Assembly (NCBI GenBank): GCA_009781115.1
Contig: WQYT01000002.1
Location: 1 to 54,581 of the forward strand
DNA: 54,581 nucleotides
DNA from: Coriobacteriia bacterium
Lineage (GTDB): Bacteria > Actinomycetota > Coriobacteriia > WRKU01 > WQUG01
Direction of reading: 5' to 3'
Each line of letters starts with the position of its first letter. Within the stretch, counting starts at the first letter, position 1. Under the pieces are notes generated by a model. The model ran no database searches. It saw nothing but the letters and a program-made list of their open reading frames with translations, and had not been told where the DNA came from. This document shows positions 45,996 to 54,241 of the stretch, piece by piece. A program made the translations under genes and the position numbers.

Positions 45996-46157
45996 CGGGC
46001 TGAGGCGCGCCGGGTCGTCGCGCCCTACGGGCTGGCATCAGCCAGAACCGCCACAGCTGTCGCCAGAGCAGCCACTTCTGGCGTCAGCCAGTAGACGTTT
46101 TGTCTGGCAGAGACTGTGTAGGGCGCGTAGAGGCGGCGCGCCTTGTCCGGGCTGGCA
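45996..46157. repeat. Long-hairpin REP/MITE-like element, copy D
   Basis: The left core is GGCGCGCCGGGTCGTCGCGCCCTACGG (46004-46030). The right arm is TGTAGGGCGCGTAGAGGCGGCGCGCCTTGTCCGGGCTGGCA (46117-46157). The inner hairpin is GCTGTCGCCAGA/TCTGGCGTCAGC. Confidence 0.8.
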
Positions 46158-46170
46158 GCGACAACGGCAG

Positions 46171-46530
46171 TCAGTTCATCTGGGCTTTGATTTTGGCGAA
46201 GGTTTTGTTGCTAATGACGTGCTCGATGCGGCAGGCGTCTTCGCTGGCGGTCTTGGCGTCAACGCCCAACGATTCCAGGAACTTTGTCAGGGTCACGTGG
46301 CGGTCATAGACCGCGACCGCTTTCCGCTTGCCCCGCGCCGTCAGCCGGAGGCCCCCGTCGCCTTCCATCGCAAGGTAGCCCGAACTTTTCAGGTTCGACA
46401 TGGCGCGGCTCACGCTGGGTTTTGTCACGTTGAGATAGGCGGCCACATCAACCGAGTGGACTACCGCGGCCTGCTCCCCTAGCACGAGGATGGCCTCCAG
46501 ATACATCTCTCCTGATTCCTGCAATTTCAT
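46171..46530 (-). CDS. DtxR/MntR-family metal-dependent transcriptional regulator
   Basis: MKLQESGEMYLEAILVL..VAAYLNVTKPSVSRAMSNLKSSGYL..AVYDRHVTLTKFL..DACRIEHVIS. The start was trimmed to the ATG at 46530 because the N-terminal extension in the track ORF looks non-protein-like. Confidence 0.85.
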   Translation of the reverse strand: MKLQESGEMYLEAILVLGEQAAVVHSVDVAAYLNVTKPSVSRAMSNLKSSGYLAMEGDGGLRLTARGKRKAVAVYDRHVTLTKFLESLGVDAKTASEDACRIEHVISNKTFAKIKAQMN

Positions 46531-46537
46531 GGCGTCA

Positions 46538-46600
46538 AGTATAGCATCCTGCCGCAGGCAAGAAAACCAGCTTCCCCAGAACAGATGCCAACAGATGCCA
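46538..46600 (-). promoter_or_regulatory. Candidate leaderless promoter (-10 TATACT, 7 nt before the ATG) and a perfect tandem 10-mer upstream of the DtxR-family gene
   Basis: agtata at 46538-46543 on the plus strand, which is TATACT on the minus strand. ACAGATGCCA occurs twice at 46581-46600. No SD lies upstream of the ATG. Confidence 0.3.
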
Positions 46601-46730
46601 CTAAAGCAAGAAGGAGGGATGCCCTCTTTTCGACGTTGTTTCATTTTGAGTCAATTCGCCAGTAGCCAGCAGCGCTACCAGGCGTTGGGAGCAGCTTTAC
46701 GCTACCGACTTCGCGGACGCGCGCGCGGCT

Positions 46731-47672
46731 TTATGAGTCAGCTTGTTTGCGCCTGCGTGCCAGCAGGAACACTATCAGTGCGCCTGCGATCACTGACGCA
46801 ATCAGCACGCCTGCCAAAAGCGGAATGCTGTCGCCCGTTTTGGGTAAGTCGCCGGGATAATTGGGGCCTTTATAGGTGTTAAGCAGATTATAGCCGCTCA
46901 CCGCATGCGTATAATGCGGGACATTGCCTTCGTCTACCGTGTAGGTGATCGCCGCACCCGCCGCGTCATTTTTGGGCAGCTGCACAGACCACTTCCAGCC
47001 ACCCGCCGCCGTCACCGTGAACTCTTTTACGACACTCTGGCCGTTTTTGATAGCAACAGAAATGCTGTCCGGTCGATCGCTTTGCGGCGCCGTGCCATAC
47101 TTCCAGGTCTTGGTACCGGCAACCACCACCGTATCTGCGGGAACTGATCCCTGATGATAGCTCGGGTCAAAGTCGACTGTGGGAGCCTTCTCGCCATTCT
47201 CCAGGTACACGATGACTAAGGGGTCCTCATCATTGGTGATATAGAACTTGATCGTGTACACCCGCGGATCCAGCGTGTATCCGCTGCGCGATGGCGTTGC
47301 GTTTTTCAGCTCATAGGTATAGACGCCCGTTTTGGTGAAATTGATCGGCCCCATCTGCAGATGATCGTTGCCGGTGATGCTGAAGGTATAGCCGCTCGCA
47401 TCGCTGCCCGCAGGCATTGGATTTGACGCGTCCAGCGGCGTGAGCCGATACGCAAAGGTGGCGTCTACCCCCCGCATTGGGCTGTCACTGGTAAAGACCT
47501 GGCTTACCGGAAGCGTCGCTTGCCCCAGCGGTAGCGCAGAAGCCACCGCAACAGGTAAGACGCCCATCAGGCAGACCATGGCCACCGCGCAAGCAAGCAG
47601 AATTCTCAGCAGGCGCCGGGTCCGAACCCGAACCGTCTGCCGGATCGTTCTATGAAAGCCGAGCGGGTTCAC
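46731..47672 (-). CDS. LPXTG-anchored minor (base) pilin, FctB-position; Spy0128-like pilin domain plus Cna-B domain
   Basis: Signal peptide; FAYRLTP..GVYTYELKN..GYTLDPRVYTIKFYI; Cna-B-like VAGTKTWKYG..ITYTVDE; C-terminal LPKTG followed by a hydrophobic stretch and RRRK. Confidence 0.8.
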   Translation of the reverse strand: MNPLGFHRTIRQTVRVRTRRLLRILLACAVAMVCLMGVLPVAVASALPLGQATLPVSQVFTSDSPMRGVDATFAYRLTPLDASNPMPAGSDASGYTFSITGNDHLQMGPINFTKTGVYTYELKNATPSRSGYTLDPRVYTIKFYITNDEDPLVIVYLENGEKAPTVDFDPSYHQGSVPADTVVVAGTKTWKYGTAPQSDRPDSISVAIKNGQSVVKEFTVTAAGGWKWSVQLPKNDAAGAAITYTVDEGNVPHYTHAVSGYNLLNTYKGPNYPGDLPKTGDSIPLLAGVLIASVIAGALIVFLLARRRKQADS

Positions 47673-48635
47673 TTATCTGTCCCCCGCAGGCGTTAAGTCC
47701 TGCCCCTTTTGGCGCCGCTTCCGGCGCCTCACAAGAAAAACCACCAGCACCACGATCAACAAGAACGGGAGCGCCACCATGACAATCCGCAGCGGCACTG
47801 AAGCGCTCGCCCAGAAATTAAGCACGGCGTCTACGCCGGAAATGCCGGTCCTGCCCGCCGACCCAGACGACGCAAAGGGATCACCGTGTACGTCATCGGT
47901 GATCTTTGCCAGCAAGATATCGCGCCCGTTAGTGGTGGCCTCAGAACACGTGGACAACAAGACGATACGGTCGGTCGGCGTCACCGATACCTCCGCCCGC
48001 AGGTGCGTCGCGCTACGCTTCAGCAGGTCCAGATAGGCCTGCGCGTCTTGCGCGCTCACTTTGGTCCGGTAGATGGCGCTGTCATAGGCGTCAACATGCA
48101 TGAACTCAAAAAACTCCAGCCCCTGCTCGCGCCCGCCATAGTACAGAACCCCATATTTGCGGGCGTTGAAATAGCTCAGGTCAGCAAACAGCCCGATCTC
48201 GCCAAACATCGTGTCCTTGTTCATGTGATGGCCGTAGATGATCGAAGAAAAATCGCTGAAATCCGGGCTACAGTCCGCGTCAAGAAAGAGCGATCCAGAA
48301 AGTGAGTACTTCCCGGTTGCGTCGGTATTGATGTATTTGAGGTTATCTTTTGCCTGCGCCACCGGGTAATCGATGTGCGTCCCGTAGACGGTCAGCCAGG
48401 AGACCACCTCCGGATTGATGGTCTGCAGGTCCTTAAACGAAAGCCCCTGGTTTAAAGCGCTGGGCTTATAGGCCGCATACCGCGCCGAGTCCGCCACAGC
48501 GTATACCTGGTGGGAGTCCCACAGGGCGTAGCCGCCACAAACCAGCAGCAGCAAGATGACAACCAGAATCGCCAGATTGACGACGCTGTTCGCCGCTTTA
48601 ACTGCCTGTGCGCCAATTTTGCTGGCTACGCCCAT
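47673..48635 (-). CDS. Class B sortase (pilus-polymerising, SrtC1/Spy0129-like)
   Basis: INPEVVSWLTVYGTHIDYPVAQAKDN, IIYGHHM, VLLSTCS (catalytic Cys), with N- and C-terminal TM segments. Confidence 0.85.
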   Translation of the reverse strand: MGVASKIGAQAVKAANSVVNLAILVVILLLLVCGGYALWDSHQVYAVADSARYAAYKPSALNQGLSFKDLQTINPEVVSWLTVYGTHIDYPVAQAKDNLKYINTDATGKYSLSGSLFLDADCSPDFSDFSSIIYGHHMNKDTMFGEIGLFADLSYFNARKYGVLYYGGREQGLEFFEFMHVDAYDSAIYRTKVSAQDAQAYLDLLKRSATHLRAEVSVTPTDRIVLLSTCSEATTNGRDILLAKITDDVHGDPFASSGSAGRTGISGVDAVLNFWASASVPLRIVMVALPFLLIVVLVVFLVRRRKRRQKGQDLTPAGDR

Positions 48636-48683
48636 GTGGTCCTCCTTTCCTCAGGTATCGACTCTTATGATCCGGGGCGGTAA

Positions 48684-48746
48684 CCCTCTTTGGGAGAGGG
48701 GTCGCGCCTTTGGCGGCAAGCCTCTCCGCGAGAGGGGTCGCGCCTT
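48684..48746 (-). repeat. Two copies of a 26-nt hairpin unit (CCTCTnnnGAGAGGGGTCGCGCCTT) directly after the backbone-pilin stop
   Basis: Copies at 48684-48710 and 48721-48746. Each folds as CCUCUC-loop-GAGAGG in the minus-strand RNA. They lie between the major pilin and sortase genes. Confidence 0.6.
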
Positions 48747-50187
48747 AAGCCTTCGTGGTTATGCGGTTGCGCTTGCGCGACTTTGTCACAACGTACACGA
48801 CAACAGCGCCAACTGCCAGAACAATCAGGCCGATGTAGGGCAGATTGTTGATGAGCAGGCCGGTCGGGGTGATGTCGGGCAGGTTATTGGTGTAGTCTGC
48901 CTTGTTGACGCTCTCACTGACGAGGTAGGCGCCCGTATCCAGAGCGACGCCCGCAGCAGCGGTATGGTGGTCCGCTGGAGACGTATAGGTCCCTGCGGCA
49001 TCATTGCCGAGCACGTCTACTGCCGGAACATAGCTGGGTGTGCCCAACTCTTTGACATCAAAAGTCGCGCCCACCGGGGTATCGATGAACACCAGTTTCT
49101 GTCCATGCTGAAGGCTATAGGTGAACTCTTCGCCGGAAGTGACGGTAATCAGTCCGGTCGTGGTGCTGACCGTGACTCCGGTCCCCGTTACGCTGTTTGG
49201 GGTCGGATCAAGGATGATTTCGCCCGCCGCATTAAGGATGTAGGCCTTATAGGTCGGCGCCGTTGCAGTAAAGGGCACCGGACTGGCCGTCACTGATGAG
49301 GGCGGAAGATCACCATCAGGATCATAGGACACATCCGGCGCTTTCACGGTCATGGTGTAAGGGAAGTACAGCGTCATATCTGCATAGGAACCAGTGACCT
49401 TCTTGCTGACTGCAAGGTTTGGATTGGTAATCGAACCCAGATGGGTGTGCATATAGGTGTTCGTGAAGACCATCCCCTGCTCGCCGGGGGTCGGATCGAC
49501 CTTAAAGTCGGCTGTCTGGTCGCTGTTGTCCACCGTGGTCACCACGTCGCTGACTGCCCGGACATACAGGCCGCCGATACCGTCGTTAGCCACAAAGACA
49601 TAGAGCTTATACGATGCGGGCGAGTAAACCATTTCTTGTCCCGAACCCGCGACAAAGGTGGTCGAATTGGTTGCGTCCTCTGTGATATCGTACACATAGA
49701 TTCCGGCATGCGGGAACGTGACGCCATCGAAGATGCTGTCTTCCGACTCTTGCGTGTAGGTCGCGGTGTTCGCGTCAGCAGTCGCAGCCGTACCATGGCT
49801 TGCAGGCGAATAGTCGATCGACGCAGGCATATTGAGCGCTGGCATATTGCCCGCCGTAGCCGCGTCAACGCCGTCAACACTGACCGCTGTCGCTGTAAAC
49901 TTGAAGCTCGCCGTAGGAATCGTCGTGCCGACCGGCATCTGCAGCACCTTCGTGATAACCGCGATTACCGACTCCCCTGGCGTGTCGGATTCGATGGCGC
50001 CAACGCCACCGCTCGCCTCAACAGCAGCAGTAGAGCCCGCTGGCAGATCCCCGTTCGTGATGGCCGTATCAACATCACTCTGGTTGTTGTAGCCATTGGG
50101 CGACTGCGCCGCAAAGGCAGACGATATGCTCGCCAGGCACAACGCGAACGTGAGCATGATCGCCACTACTAGTTTCGTCTTTTTCAT
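48745..50187 (-). CDS. Backbone (major) pilin, FctA-like, with an ITPTG sorting signal
   Basis: Signal peptide MKKTKLVVAIMLTFALCLASISSAFA; Spy0128-like segments (FKFTATAVS, GIYVYDITED..YKLYVFV); C-terminal ITPTG, then a hydrophobic stretch and KSRKRNR. Confidence 0.75.
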   Translation of the reverse strand: MKKTKLVVAIMLTFALCLASISSAFAAQSPNGYNNQSDVDTAITNGDLPAGSTAAVEASGGVGAIESDTPGESVIAVITKVLQMPVGTTIPTASFKFTATAVSVDGVDAATAGNMPALNMPASIDYSPASHGTAATADANTATYTQESEDSIFDGVTFPHAGIYVYDITEDATNSTTFVAGSGQEMVYSPASYKLYVFVANDGIGGLYVRAVSDVVTTVDNSDQTADFKVDPTPGEQGMVFTNTYMHTHLGSITNPNLAVSKKVTGSYADMTLYFPYTMTVKAPDVSYDPDGDLPPSSVTASPVPFTATAPTYKAYILNAAGEIILDPTPNSVTGTGVTVSTTTGLITVTSGEEFTYSLQHGQKLVFIDTPVGATFDVKELGTPSYVPAVDVLGNDAAGTYTSPADHHTAAAGVALDTGAYLVSESVNKADYTNNLPDITPTGLLINNLPYIGLIVLAVGAVVVYVVTKSRKRNRITTKA

Positions 50188-50310
50188 TTTTGAGCCCTCC
50201 CCAGGAATAAGTGTTTTTCTTCTATGTCAACATGAACCAGGTTCATGATTTTTTTCGTCTTGCAAAGCCCTTTTGGCCCTTTCTCTTGATCGCCCGTCGC
50301 CTCTTCTGCC

Positions 50311-50871
50311 CTAAAAGTTCCGTCGCCTGATGACCGTAATGGTTGTACCGAGCGTGTCCTTCGTGTTCACTGGCCCGTAAATGCGGCTGTCGGTCGCGTT
50401 TTGCCGCGCGTCGCCCAGCACAAATATCTGGCCTTTGCCGAGCGTCAGCGGAAGGTCCGCGCCCTTTGCGTAGCGCACCGTCTTCTGGTAGATGCCCGGC
50501 TCCTGCTGAAGCGCCCCGTTAACAATCAGTCCAACGTCTGTGATGTCAACGGTGTCACCCGGCCCCGCAACGACCCGACGCACCTCAAGGGCGCCCCGGT
50601 ACTTCACCACCACAAGATCGCCGACCGCATAGTCCTTATCCAGACGGTAAAAAACCACCACGTCGCCGTCTTTGACCATGGGCGCCATATCAGGATCGGT
50701 GTTGCGATCAAACCCATAGACAAAGCTGAAGACCAGAACAAAGGCCAGCACGACCGCCGCGACCTTGACCCCAAGGGACCCGAGGTCGCGCCAGACAGAA
50801 GACTTCTGCGGCTGCTCCTCTGGTCGCTCCTGCGACCGCTCCTCTGGCCGCTCCCGCACCACTCTAACCAC
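50311..50871 (-). CDS. Signal peptidase I-like pilus assembly protein (SipA/LepA type); the catalytic dyad is apparently lost
   Basis: S26 fold boxes are recognisable. Box B reads DPDMAPMV (Asp where the Ser nucleophile is expected). Box D reads VRRVVAGPGD (Arg where the general-base Lys is expected). Box E, GDARQNATDSRIYGPV, is retained. Confidence 0.75.
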   Translation of the reverse strand: MVRVVRERPEERSQERPEEQPQKSSVWRDLGSLGVKVAAVVLAFVLVFSFVYGFDRNTDPDMAPMVKDGDVVVFYRLDKDYAVGDLVVVKYRGALEVRRVVAGPGDTVDITDVGLIVNGALQQEPGIYQKTVRYAKGADLPLTLGKGQIFVLGDARQNATDSRIYGPVNTKDTLGTTITVIRRRNF

Positions 50872-53800
50872 CTCCCCTCTTCAACTTGCGACGGCCAGCC
50901 CATGCGCTACCTGCGGTAATCACACAGGCAAGTACGCCCGCCAGAAGGAGTATCGGGAGCTCCGCCACGCTACTTCCCGCATCCACACCACTTGGTACCA
51001 CCGGCTTGTATTCGTTGGTAAAGGCGTAAACGGGATTGTGCGACAGAGTCAACTTACCCGTATCGTTACCGTCAATAAAGACAGGCGACGGGCCACTCTC
51101 CATTATTGAGGTTTTGTAGTCGGGATCCTCGGTCTCTTTAATCTGAATAACGTCGTTAACCAGGACATTTTGCACCGTGATGCTCTGCCCATGAGATAGC
51201 TCGATGGTCGCGACGCCGTTTTCATCAAAGGACAGCGTACCATCATCCGGGGCAATCGCGTCGACGCCAGCAACCAGGCCGCCAACATACGGAAAATCGC
51301 CCTTGATCGGGTCGCCATGGGAATCCGTAAGCGTCACCGTAAAGGTGAACTTCTTGCTCTGGTCAGCAAAAGCGCCCTCTACTACCTTCGAGAGCGTCAA
51401 CGTTGTTTCGCTCCTCCTGTAGGTATTACTGAAGTAAGCCTGGTAGACCTTGGTGGCTTCGGCTGCAGGAGGCGTCGTAAACGTCATCGACTGGGTATCA
51501 ATGTAGGGAGTCCAGGCTGTCAGTGTGGTTTCATCCGATCCGCTGTCTTTAGTCACACCCAGCGGCACGGTCGAAGTCCAAGTGTAGCCCGCGTCCAGCA
51601 GGTCGCTGGAAGATATTTCTTTGATCGTATACGTCGTATCGGGCTCCAGAGCAATGGGCGTTGTTCCGTCTCCAGCAAAAAATTGCATGGAACCTGTAAT
51701 ATCGCCACCCGTCATCGTGACTATGGCAGTAGACAGGAGTGTGCCGTGGTTATCGTACAGGCCAAAGGTCGCGATATAAGGAACACCGGTTGGCATGTCG
51801 CCCGGATCCAGTCCGTCTACTTCTTTGTTGACAAAGATGCCCTGCGTGACGTAGTACAGCCGTAAGACACTATTTGCTTCGGTGAGCGTAAATTGAGTAG
51901 CCCGTTTAAGATCAGTTGAACCAGGGAGAATCGTGCCCGTGGTTGACTTATCGATCAGTACTGACCTCTGGAGCGTATAGTCAGTGAAATCACCGGTATG
52001 CTGAGCCATAATCAAAGTCTTGGCAGGCGCCCGTCCTGTCTCCGTGCTCGCCGTCTGCAATTCGCCATTTACGTAATATTCGATCGTGTAAGTCATATCG
52101 GCGTTAAAAACAACTTTATCCAAAAGATTGCCCTGAGTCTTGTTGTTGCCTGCCGTATTACCGCTCACAAACAGAAAACGCACCACGTAGACCCCATCTG
52201 GGACTGTATACTCGCCAGTATAATCTGCGCCACCATTGCCGTTGTTCCATGATCCGTTAGCATCAATAATAGTTGTTACAGATGTTCTCTCATCATCACT
52301 GAGCGTCGTGGTTTTATTTGGTGATCCGGGAGCATTTTGCGGAATATTGGCCAGATCAACGTCAGTTGTGGGCATGATAACCACATACATGGTGTCTTCT
52401 CCTGGCGCTGTCGCAAGGCGCCCCGCGTGGGCCAGGCTCCAGGAAAGCGACTCGCCCGGTGTTACCAGCACGTCCTGATAAAGCGTTCCTTCATAGTTTG
52501 CATTCAGCTCCGCAAACCGCAGGCCCTCAGCAGGAGCTACGTTGTAGATGGAAAGCGGCGGAGTGTTATTCATTTCAATCTGTAGATCTTGTGAAGTCGT
52601 ATGCCAGCACAGACCAACCGTACCATCAGTAAAATTTGAATAGTTCGCATTTCCACCAGAACGAAGCGTTGTGCCAGGCGGATTTTCAAAGCCGCCATTT
52701 TGGATGGCGGTATAGTAGGGAACCTGATAGGAAGCTGATTCGACCTGTGAGTCATCGCTAAGGGTTGCAACTACTTTGTAATACATCTGTGCGCCACCAT
52801 CTAAAGCAACGTTGACGCTGCCCCCCTCAAGGTCGTCGACGCCCGGAAACAGTACCGGTTGAGCATCCTCAGGATCAGTTACTTCCGTATAGGGACCACC
52901 AAGCGTACTGCTCTTGTACCAGGTGTAGCTAGCGACAGTCCCTGCTCCTGACCAAGCGGCATTAAGCTTTCCGTCTGTCATAATGGTATCAGCAATTTGC
53001 AGTTGAGTATTTGTTTTGATATTGATAGTAACAGTAACAAATTCTGCTGGCGTACCTGCCCCCCGTCGGCAAGTTAATACGATTTGTGTGTCCATCCCAT
53101 AGGTAACCGGCCCGGCGGTACCTCCCCCGCCGGACGTAAAGTTTGAAGAAGGTACGTTGTTAACGACCATGCTCCAAATGGTGAGATTGCTGTTCACCTT
53201 GACAGTGATATCACTTGTTCCGCCTGATGCAAGTGACGTGTCATTAAGAATATAGGAAAAATCCAGGTTTCCGATTGGCGTGGTAGTCTGCGTAAGATTA
53301 ATAGCCCCACCATTTAATGTAGCCGCAGTAACCGAAGACAGGATGATTGCATAGGTGGAAAAATGCTCGACGTCAAAAGAGACGCCTGAATCCGTCACGC
53401 TCACTGGCGTCATCAATGTTTCTGGTTGCTGATTATTTTCAGAAAGATAAACTAACGATAGGTCACCAGCATTCACGTCAGCGGGCATATCTGGCACGTC
53501 GATGGTGACTTTCAGGGAGTTGTCAAACATATACTTGGCGCCGTCAGCCCGGTAAACCGCGATATCGTAAGCGACTAAGACGTCGGCGTCTGCTAAGGGA
53601 GGGAGGTCTACCGGAAAGGCAACCGCATAGCCGCCGACCGGCAGCTCACCGCTCACGCGCACCGTTGAGCCCGTGACAAGTTTCGTCAAACTGGCGTCGT
53701 TGTACACCGTGGCAAGAAACACCTGGTCGGCCAGAGCGCCCGTATCGGTCGCAAGCGTACTGGCGCTGGCTGGCGCCGCAGAGGTCGCAGGGGGCGGCGT

Positions 53801-53941
53801 AGCCGAGGTGTTCTGACTTACGGCAGCATTCAAGCCCCCCGTTTCTGCAGAAGCAGAAGACTCGGGAAAAAATGAAGGCATGATAAGCGCTGCCAGTGCC
53901 AGCGCAATGATCGCCGCTCTAAGCTTAACCCCCGACCGCAT
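50864..53941 (-). CDS. Large pilus tip adhesin (Cpa position) with a lectin/jelly-roll-like domain and pilin-type stalk domains
   Basis: 1025 aa with a signal peptide. The central region reads NGGFENP..FAELNANYEGTLYQDVLVTPGESLSWSLAHAGR. Stalk domains follow (FTFTVTLTD..HGQSITVQNV). The C-terminus is VVPSG, then a hydrophobic stretch and RRKLKR. It overlaps sipA by 8 nt and has lower GC than the core genes. Confidence 0.75.
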   Translation of the reverse strand: MRSGVKLRAAIIALALAALIMPSFFPESSASAETGGLNAAVSQNTSATPPPATSAAPASASTLATDTGALADQVFLATVYNDASLTKLVTGSTVRVSGELPVGGYAVAFPVDLPPLADADVLVAYDIAVYRADGAKYMFDNSLKVTIDVPDMPADVNAGDLSLVYLSENNQQPETLMTPVSVTDSGVSFDVEHFSTYAIILSSVTAATLNGGAINLTQTTTPIGNLDFSYILNDTSLASGGTSDITVKVNSNLTIWSMVVNNVPSSNFTSGGGGTAGPVTYGMDTQIVLTCRRGAGTPAEFVTVTINIKTNTQLQIADTIMTDGKLNAAWSGAGTVASYTWYKSSTLGGPYTEVTDPEDAQPVLFPGVDDLEGGSVNVALDGGAQMYYKVVATLSDDSQVESASYQVPYYTAIQNGGFENPPGTTLRSGGNANYSNFTDGTVGLCWHTTSQDLQIEMNNTPPLSIYNVAPAEGLRFAELNANYEGTLYQDVLVTPGESLSWSLAHAGRLATAPGEDTMYVVIMPTTDVDLANIPQNAPGSPNKTTTLSDDERTSVTTIIDANGSWNNGNGGADYTGEYTVPDGVYVVRFLFVSGNTAGNNKTQGNLLDKVVFNADMTYTIEYYVNGELQTASTETGRAPAKTLIMAQHTGDFTDYTLQRSVLIDKSTTGTILPGSTDLKRATQFTLTEANSVLRLYYVTQGIFVNKEVDGLDPGDMPTGVPYIATFGLYDNHGTLLSTAIVTMTGGDITGSMQFFAGDGTTPIALEPDTTYTIKEISSSDLLDAGYTWTSTVPLGVTKDSGSDETTLTAWTPYIDTQSMTFTTPPAAEATKVYQAYFSNTYRRSETTLTLSKVVEGAFADQSKKFTFTVTLTDSHGDPIKGDFPYVGGLVAGVDAIAPDDGTLSFDENGVATIELSHGQSITVQNVLVNDVIQIKETEDPDYKTSIMESGPSPVFIDGNDTGKLTLSHNPVYAFTNEYKPVVPSGVDAGSSVAELPILLLAGVLACVITAGSAWAGRRKLKRGGG

Positions 53942-54206
53942 GTTAAAGTTACTTCTTCCCCATCCTCAGTGAACCCTCCCCGAGATGCCCATATTGTATA
54001 TTCATCGCCATACTGATATTCCGTGAGCCCATTCACACAGAATAAATCACTTTCTATTATTACAAAAAATGACAGGACTGTTCAAGTTCGGAGACCTTCT
54101 GGTTACCGTTACGTTTAAATGTTATCAATTTTGTAGCGTTAGGGATTTTACGATGTCAGGCCCCTTTCAGGCGCGCGGGGACCTGCTTCTTGCCGCGGCG
54201 AAAGAT

Positions 54207-54241
54207 AAAAGCCCGCTCTCTTTTTCAGGGAGCGGGCTTTT
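54207..54241 (-). terminator. Rho-independent terminator downstream of pnp
   Basis: AAAAGCCCGCTC-loop-GAGCGGGCTTTT is a perfect 12-bp stem, followed by a U-rich tail (UUUUAUCUUU) on the minus strand. Confidence 0.8.

Noticed and set aside
50231-50247. Palindrome CATGAACCAGGTTCATG followed by a T-run in the sipA / backbone-pilin spacer, as a terminator
   Set aside because: The T-run follows the hairpin only on the plus strand, where no gene is transcribed. On the operon (minus) strand there is no U-tail. It could be a protein-binding site, but there is no supporting evidence.
54155-54200. Possible degenerate arm of the long-hairpin element at the right island border (CAGGCGCGCGGGGACCTGC)
   Set aside because: Only the first 9 nt plus scattered positions match the 27-nt core, about 15 of 20 positions. 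There is no partner arm. This is too weak to call.
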